Of a stretch of DNA of 64,000 nucleotides, positions 58,542-64,000 are shown one piece after another. Below the pieces are notes generated by a model. That model was not told where the DNA came from. It searched no databases and was given only the letters and a program-made list of their open reading frames with translations. How positions within the stretch are numbered: position 1 is the stretch's first letter; every line of letters starts with the position of its first letter. Source of the DNA: a virus (Duplodnaviria > Caudoviricetes); the IMG/VR virus record IMGVR_UViG_3300017991_000109, positions 22 to 64,021 of that record. One strand, 5' to 3'. Made by a program: the position numbers and the translations under genes.

Positions 58542-59157
58542 AGGTCATGTTCTTTGCGCCGTAAACCGATAGTAGAGGTCTCAGCGAATAAGGTTTGTGT
58601 GCTCGACAGAAATCCTTAGTAGCTGGGAACCGCTTCAAATCTAACTCCTTAGCAACCGAAGGTCGGACCGAGTTTTTGATAAGCGCGTTACAGATATGTA
58701 GTGCGATCAGACGATCATTAGGAGTTTTGAAACTTGAAATGAGCTTCCGAAAATTCTTGAATTCCCCCTTTTTCAACATGCGCTGAACCTTGTCGATCGT
58801 AGCACGCTTTGGAAGTACAAGCTTGCGCGACCACTGCAAACGACGCTCGCCGGATACGTTATTTGCGTAGAATCTTGCACCGAGGGCTGAATAGAAAGCT
58901 TTGTCAATACGACCAAACAACCCGTTTGAAAGAGGGTAGATGCTAATGACATCCTCATCGGGATCGTAATGAAAAGGCTTGTTACCTCGCTCTAAACGCT
59001 CGACAAAGCGAATTTTTTGAAGCCCCTCGTAGCTCCGTTGTAGGTCCAGCTCGTCTACCCGACTCCAGAGCTTAGGCATGAGGCTGCTAACGTGTCGCAT
59101 TGCTTTGCGAAACCTCGTACCCTTACCTACCATTACTACCGGAATATTATTCTTCAT
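58429..59157 (-). CDS. hypothetical basic protein
   Basis: 242 aa ORF in the head operon. Confidence 0.7.
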   Translation of the reverse strand: MKNNIPVVMVGKGTRFRKAMRHVSSLMPKLWSRVDELDLQRSYEGLQKIRFVERLERGNKPFHYDPDEDVISIYPLSNGLFGRIDKAFYSALGARFYANNVSGERRLQWSRKLVLPKRATIDKVQRMLKKGEFKNFRKLISSFKTPNDRLIALHICNALIKNSVRPSVAKELDLKRFPATKDFCRAHKPYSLRPLLSVYGAKNMTYEQAFGEYCARKGTLGVSDQSVANGFLEVFRSVTFDG

Positions 59158-60037
59158 CGTCTACAATCTCGACTTCTCTTGGATCGATCTCTTCGATATT
59201 ATCACCATCTTCTGGAGCAATTCGGAGTTTCCCCCCTTCTTCTCCAGATACAGTTCCCACAACTTTCTTCCCACCTTTTTTGAAAATAACTGTTTTACCT
59301 GTGATAACGTCTGAGAGTCCTTTACCAACTTCTGCACCTGCGGCTGTTCCTGCGGCTGCTCCTGCTTTGGTGTTGGCTGCTCCTTTAGCCACTTTCCCAA
59401 CACCTTTGACAACTTTAGCTGCTGCTGGTGCCATCCGAGCTGCTCCTGCTACGAAAGATGCGATTTCAGCCAAACGAGCTTCACGCATGTGGTTTGGGAT
59501 AGTTGTTAGGTATCCAAACTTATCCCCCTTTAGCAACCCTGCTGAAATAGCTTCGTTGATAAGTTCATTTCTGAAGCCTTTGCCTAGAAGCACTCCCCGA
59601 GAGAAAGTACCGTGCAGATTGCATAGGGCATTAAGCTCAACCAGCTTACCAATTGTTTCGGACAATTTGCTTTCCAGCTTTTTCAAAATGTCGAAGCTTT
59701 TTTCAGTAGGGTATTTCAACATCAACACATCTGCTTCTGCATCTCTACCTTCGGCTTCGATGATACCGTACTTCCTGTGGTGTCCATCGAGAATTTCCAT
59801 ATCCTCAGATACCAACATCATCGGCAGAGACTCCAGACCATTCTTTTCGATCTCCTCAGCGATGCTCTTGACTTTCTCTTTCTTGACACCATGCTGAGTT
59901 GTATCGAGATCAACAACTTTGATATTCCTAACTTCAAAGTTTACGCCATGTTCTTCGAAAACCTCTTTGACTGCATCAATATCATTGGTGCTAATCTGAG
60001 GCATATCACGTCTGAAATATTTTTCTAGTAGGTTCAT
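59147..60037 (-). CDS. ParB/Srx N-terminal-domain protein
   Basis: LDTTQ..KVKSI..PMMLVS..ILDGHHR. Confidence 0.8.
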   Translation of the reverse strand: MNLLEKYFRRDMPQISTNDIDAVKEVFEEHGVNFEVRNIKVVDLDTTQHGVKKEKVKSIAEEIEKNGLESLPMMLVSEDMEILDGHHRKYGIIEAEGRDAEADVLMLKYPTEKSFDILKKLESKLSETIGKLVELNALCNLHGTFSRGVLLGKGFRNELINEAISAGLLKGDKFGYLTTIPNHMREARLAEIASFVAGAARMAPAAAKVVKGVGKVAKGAANTKAGAAAGTAAGAEVGKGLSDVITGKTVIFKKGGKKVVGTVSGEEGGKLRIAPEDGDNIEEIDPREVEIVDDEE

Positions 60038-60675
60038 TCGATTCCTAAATCATCTATGAGTTTTTCTTTTTCGTCAGGTTCCGCCTCCTCTTCCTCCTCA
60101 TCTTCAGGAGGTTCTTCACGAACATCTTCACTTGGAGGAGGTTCTTCTTCCTCACCTCCCATAGTATCATCGCTAGGATCTTCCATAGGTTCTTCGCCTA
60201 TGTCTTCAATTTGGTTAGCAAAACGACGAACACCCTGAGTCAGTTCTAGTAGATAATCGCCAATATGTCCATGATTATGTAAATCCCTACCTTCAATTTC
60301 ATCCGAGAGTAGTGTCAGCCATTTTTTCACCATGACAGGAGTAACTCCTTCACCCGAAATGTCGGATAAGGTTTGTTTTAGGACCCCGATAATTCCATCC
60401 AGAAAATCAATTTGAGGAGGAGAAGGTCTTTGATTCAGGGCTGAACTCAATTCTGGTTTGAGCGCTGCTTTTTGCTCTTCCAAAAATCTCACAGCCTCGT
60501 GAGCAATATTGTTGAACTCCTGAACCATATGGTCAACAATCCCCTCTGTCAAATTTCTCTTATCGAGCTTCTCGTGCAAGCGATTCAAAACTCCACCTCG
60601 TTTCCAACGTGGAGGGTCAACAGCCACTTTCTGTGGATGGGTGTGCTTTCTGTAGTACTCGTCTGCTGAACTCAT
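60034..60675 (-). CDS. acidic prohead core-like protein
   Basis: RLHE and NLTE cleavage-like sites; acidic tail. Confidence 0.55.
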   Translation of the reverse strand: MSSADEYYRKHTHPQKVAVDPPRWKRGGVLNRLHEKLDKRNLTEGIVDHMVQEFNNIAHEAVRFLEEQKAALKPELSSALNQRPSPPQIDFLDGIIGVLKQTLSDISGEGVTPVMVKKWLTLLSDEIEGRDLHNHGHIGDYLLELTQGVRRFANQIEDIGEEPMEDPSDDTMGGEEEEPPPSEDVREEPPEDEEEEEAEPDEKEKLIDDLGIE

Positions 60676-62384
60676 ATCACGTTTACCTTAGGTGTTGTTG
60701 TTGGACTGACATTCGGAGGACCACCTGATGGTTGAGGTTGTACTCCCGCTTTTTCAATCTCATCTATCTCTTTAAAATACTTGTCTAGGTCTTTCTTAGA
60801 CATAGATAGATAGTTGGCGACCCCAATTAAATGTTTACAGAGACACAATTTACCTGATGGGTTAGTTTTAGATGGGAAAGCACCATTTGATTCTGCGCCA
60901 CCTTTTGGCTTATGACTCGCACCTGCTTTGAATAAAACAGCGTGCCAACGGTACTTAAAGTCCGGGCAGGTGCAGAACACGTGGCACGGACGATTCCATT
61001 CACTACGACGATCCTTTCCAGATGTCTGACCTTTTTTTGTCCGGTACAAAAACTTCACATAACCCTTCTGTCTCATGCCCGTGGTCGAACGATCTGGGCG
61101 CGATTTAAAATTATACGCAATTTGAGGATTCCCATCATCTGCAACCTGCATTTTCGGAGGACGGGTAACGACAAATCGAGAACCGTTAGATTGTCTATCA
61201 GGTACAGTTACATCATAGATCCAGCCCTTCGATGTCTTTTTCAATCCTCCGTATTTGTAGCCACCGTTTGCACGAGTAAGCCCCCAGAGCTGGTTAAAAG
61301 TCATCTCAGTCAGCGTATGAACACTCTCTTCCAAGTCTCCTAGAAAGTAGATGTCCATGGCATCTTGGATATTCTCAGCATGTTCAGAATAGTTCTTCTG
61401 AACATGTTGTAAGAATTTACCAAATTCCGTAACCTTGTCACCTCCAGCCGCCTCAGCCGCTTCAAAATGCTTTACCAGACTATCGACTTCGAAAAAGCCT
61501 TTGGGCGCGTTAGATACAAACGCATCATAGTCAGATTCGATATCTTTGATAGTATCGTCAAAAGAACGTGTGTAAGCCGAACGTGTCATGGACTGACGAA
61601 CGTCCTCAAGAGAGAATTTAGTTCCTGGCACACCGTCTGGTCCTACTTGACTGACGGTGAATTTTTTACCTTTCGACTGAAGCTCCGTGAATGGGATATC
61701 TACACGAACGTTTAGAGGCACCTGAGGTTGACCTAACAGTATCTCCTGCATAAGCTCCTTAAAATAAGGAAGGCTATCGATCGATCCATTACATCCAATG
61801 TGTACATTACTCCCACCTTCGTAGATCACAAATGCCCAGTTTTCAAACATGATTGAACGTTGGACCTGTTGGACCGCATAGAGGTGCTGGTCATTGTCTG
61901 GGTCAAAAAGAGGATCTTCTTTGTTGAGCTGATCTTTTGAAACTAGATCCCCTACCCAGCTATACTGGCTGTATTTCGAGAGATCCTTTAGATTTGCAAG
62001 TACTGGCCAGATTGGGGTAAATACTCTACGGCGTACTTTTTTACCCTCCACATTTTGGCTGGAAATACTGAAAAGCTTCCTCTTATTTGGAAGCCATTTG
62101 TTGCCAATAAAATAGTGGGATTTGATTTTTAGCTTCACATAACTCTCACCATTTGGGATGCACCAAAAGCCAAGAGCCTTACCGCCACCTTCTTTCTCGT
62201 CGTTAGCGTCTGTATCAGCCTTACGGGGTGTTGACCCTCCTTTAGGGGCATCCTCTTGAAGAAGTTGCGCCTGTGGTTCGTTACGAGCTAGTTTTGAGTA
62301 TAGTGATTCTCTCCGAGGTCGATTAGTATCTTCCTTAGCCTTGTTCTTCGCTGCGAATAAATTCTGATAGATAGATTGGCGCAT
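60672..62384 (-). CDS. SWIM zinc-finger-containing protein
   Basis: VFCTCPDFKYRW..N..LCKHL. Confidence 0.75.
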   Translation of the reverse strand: MRQSIYQNLFAAKNKAKEDTNRPRRESLYSKLARNEPQAQLLQEDAPKGGSTPRKADTDANDEKEGGGKALGFWCIPNGESYVKLKIKSHYFIGNKWLPNKRKLFSISSQNVEGKKVRRRVFTPIWPVLANLKDLSKYSQYSWVGDLVSKDQLNKEDPLFDPDNDQHLYAVQQVQRSIMFENWAFVIYEGGSNVHIGCNGSIDSLPYFKELMQEILLGQPQVPLNVRVDIPFTELQSKGKKFTVSQVGPDGVPGTKFSLEDVRQSMTRSAYTRSFDDTIKDIESDYDAFVSNAPKGFFEVDSLVKHFEAAEAAGGDKVTEFGKFLQHVQKNYSEHAENIQDAMDIYFLGDLEESVHTLTEMTFNQLWGLTRANGGYKYGGLKKTSKGWIYDVTVPDRQSNGSRFVVTRPPKMQVADDGNPQIAYNFKSRPDRSTTGMRQKGYVKFLYRTKKGQTSGKDRRSEWNRPCHVFCTCPDFKYRWHAVLFKAGASHKPKGGAESNGAFPSKTNPSGKLCLCKHLIGVANYLSMSKKDLDKYFKEIDEIEKAGVQPQPSGGPPNVSPTTTPKVNVI

Positions 62385-62387
62385 ACA

Positions 62388-63233
62388 TTAGCTCTGCTTC
62401 AGTTTTATAGGCTTGTAGGAATTTTTCGATAAAACGTCTAGAGCACCATAGTCTTTTTCAGGACGAGGAGCATATGTGAAGAGCCAACGGCTGGTTGGAG
62501 TATTACAATCTCCGTAAGAAATGTCTTCTTGTTTTCCGCTACGCAACATAATATACTCCTTATCTTCAGCGAAAGAATCGAGCGCACGATATTCCGTTCG
62601 GATCGTATCCATTAATTCGTTATGGCTGTTCTGATCTAGATACATCGCTAGACCTACACCTAATGATTCCCAGCGATGAACACTTATCTTGAACTTCTTC
62701 TGAAAGGCATTGACGAATTTTTCATGTGCTTTTTCGCACTTTTCAGGATCACAGTATTCAAGTGACATATCCTCAGTCAATTGCTGTGTTAGCCTCTTAA
62801 GTAGTCCCCCCGTGAAGTTATCGTCATGATTACCTTCTTGTAGATCGTCTAGGATACGCTCCAAATTAGGACAATGCTCTTCTAGCAGTTCGTGTCCTAA
62901 GAACGTTGGTTGAGCACTGTATCGAGTCTCTACGAAGCTCACCAACTTGATATACCTCTTGAGATTCTTCTGTGTTGTCCGAGTTGTATGAGCTTGGATG
63001 TGCTCGATGATGGATGTCCAACCATCGTGCTCAGACTTAAACTCACGCGCCTGTGTTTCGTCCAAAACATTTCGCATTCCCAAGAACCTTTGACCATTAT
63101 CTTCAGATAACAACCTAGAGAGTGTCTCCACCCGTTCGGACTCAGAGAGTTCTTTGTCGATAAATGACAACCAGCCATCCTCTTGAAGAAGGAAATTTCC
63201 GGTTCTTCCGATATTTTTAAACTTAGGGAACAT
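62388..63233 (-). CDS. hypothetical protein
   Basis: 281 aa ORF with several L-x-E sites. Confidence 0.7.
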   Translation of the reverse strand: MFPKFKNIGRTGNFLLQEDGWLSFIDKELSESERVETLSRLLSEDNGQRFLGMRNVLDETQAREFKSEHDGWTSIIEHIQAHTTRTTQKNLKRYIKLVSFVETRYSAQPTFLGHELLEEHCPNLERILDDLQEGNHDDNFTGGLLKRLTQQLTEDMSLEYCDPEKCEKAHEKFVNAFQKKFKISVHRWESLGVGLAMYLDQNSHNELMDTIRTEYRALDSFAEDKEYIMLRSGKQEDISYGDCNTPTSRWLFTYAPRPEKDYGALDVLSKNSYKPIKLKQS

Positions 63234-63598
63234 TAGCCTGAGTTGATTGTATAAGGTGTCGTATCGGTATCGCTATCTACTTGGTATTGGAGCCCAATAC
63301 CTGCCATTAAATCACCTGAAGCCATTATCCTAAGATACTGCTCAGACGAGGTAACCTTGATAGATTGAACTTCTCCAGCAGCTACTTGGAATTGAGTAGC
63401 TGTACCTCCGGTAGAAACCGGGAGGGTTATATCTGTCCAGTCCGAACCGTTTGCTGACTCTTGAAACTTATAGATTAAGGTGTTAAGGGCATCTTGGTTC
63501 TGAAGAGAAATCACGAGCGTATCTACTGAACCGTCAACCCGTATGGTTTCCGCCTCAGAAGCTGCGATTTGCTTATTCAGAAATTTAGATACCAGCAT
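63233..63598 (-). CDS. virion decoration-like beta-sandwich protein
   Basis: YKFQESANGSDWTDI..YLRIMASG; paralog of 26921..27652. Confidence 0.55.
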   Translation of the reverse strand: MLVSKFLNKQIAASEAETIRVDGSVDTLVISLQNQDALNTLIYKFQESANGSDWTDITLPVSTGGTATQFQVAAGEVQSIKVTSSEQYLRIMASGDLMAGIGLQYQVDSDTDTTPYTINSG

Positions 63599-63602
63599 AA
63601 CA

Positions 63603-64000
63603 TTAGTTTCTTCCCGGTGGACGACAAACGTCAACTGAGCAAGTGAGGTTGATCATCTGCTTTTCACCTTCCGAAGAGTGGTCAAAATTACCTAGCTTTA
63701 GGGAGGTTGGGAATACGCCTTCCAAGACGAACTTTCTGTGAGTCTCACCGTCTGGTGTCATGATCAGGATCTCACCACACTTCTTGTAGACCGCAGCGTT
63801 GTTGATTGAACCATTTTCACCAACTTGATTTAACCATCCAGTGAGGGTCTCTAAGCCAGCCTGATCGATGTAATCATTGTAGTTCAGTGTCCAGTCATCA
63901 GGAACCTTGTAGGCACCAGCATAGTGCGAGGTTTCGTTGAAGTATTTGATACCCTGCTTAACGAAACCAGCATCTGGTAGGTCCGTATCATTAAGTTGGA
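63603..64000 (-). CDS. tail tube protein (gp19-like), 5' end outside window
   Basis: Hand-translated ..YFNETSHYAG..WTLNYNDY..YKKCGEI..TPDG..FVLEGVFPTSLKLGNFD..INLTCSVD*. Confidence 0.85.
   Translation of the reverse strand, partial: QLNDTDLPDAGFVKQGIKYFNETSHYAGAYKVPDDWTLNYNDYIDQAGLETLTGWLNQVGENGSINNAAVYKKCGEILIMTPDGETHRKFVLEGVFPTSLKLGNFDHSSEGEKQMINLTCSVDVCRPPGRN

Noticed and set aside
59100-59897. 265 aa plus-strand ORF
   Set aside because: Antisense shadow of the ParB-like gene; Ser/Ala/Pro-rich with no motif.
1-64000. Stop-codon reassignment
   Set aside because: Conserved genes are full length in the standard code, and TAA, TAG and TGA all end genes.
1-64000. CRISPR array, tRNA, DGR/retron reverse transcriptase
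   Set aside because: No regularly spaced repeats, cloverleaf or RT motifs were noticed by eye; the fibre repeats are in-frame coding repeats. A tRNAscan/Infernal run would be needed to exclude small RNAs.

Overview
The window is a ~64 kb, gene-dense, host-gene-free segment of a large contractile-tailed dsDNA phage with a distant T4-like virion module. It reads cleanly in the standard genetic code. Structural genes include the gp23-like major capsid, gp21 protease fused to a scaffold, gp20 portal, gp6/gp5/PAAR baseplate parts, two gp19 tube paralogs, gp14/gp15-like neck and tail-completion proteins, a tape measure and fibres. They are scattered on both strands among replication and recombination genes (UDG-fused PolA, primase, RecA/UvsX, gp32-like SSB, UvsY, DinG, SbcC, RuvC, TMK) and transcription genes (two sigma-like factors, Mor-like activators, HU). 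Highlights: (1) four unrelated genes around the capsid gene share an N-terminal FL[KRQ]LFE peptide that looks like a capsid-targeting signal, suggesting a virion-packaged effector set (ART-like, ParB-like, with a neighbouring Nudix). (2) A start-less +1-frame ORF behind UUU_UUU_CGU at the end of the gp26-like gene suggests a +1 programmed frameshift. (3) A LAGLIDADG intein interrupts a sigma-Mor fusion. (4) Two candidate promoter classes recur: TTGACA-N15-GAAACCT before replication genes and TANNTAT 4-6 nt before virion genes. (5) A palindrome-dense non-coding island lies at 46.1-46.5 kb. All family calls come from motif recognition by eye; no database searches were run.
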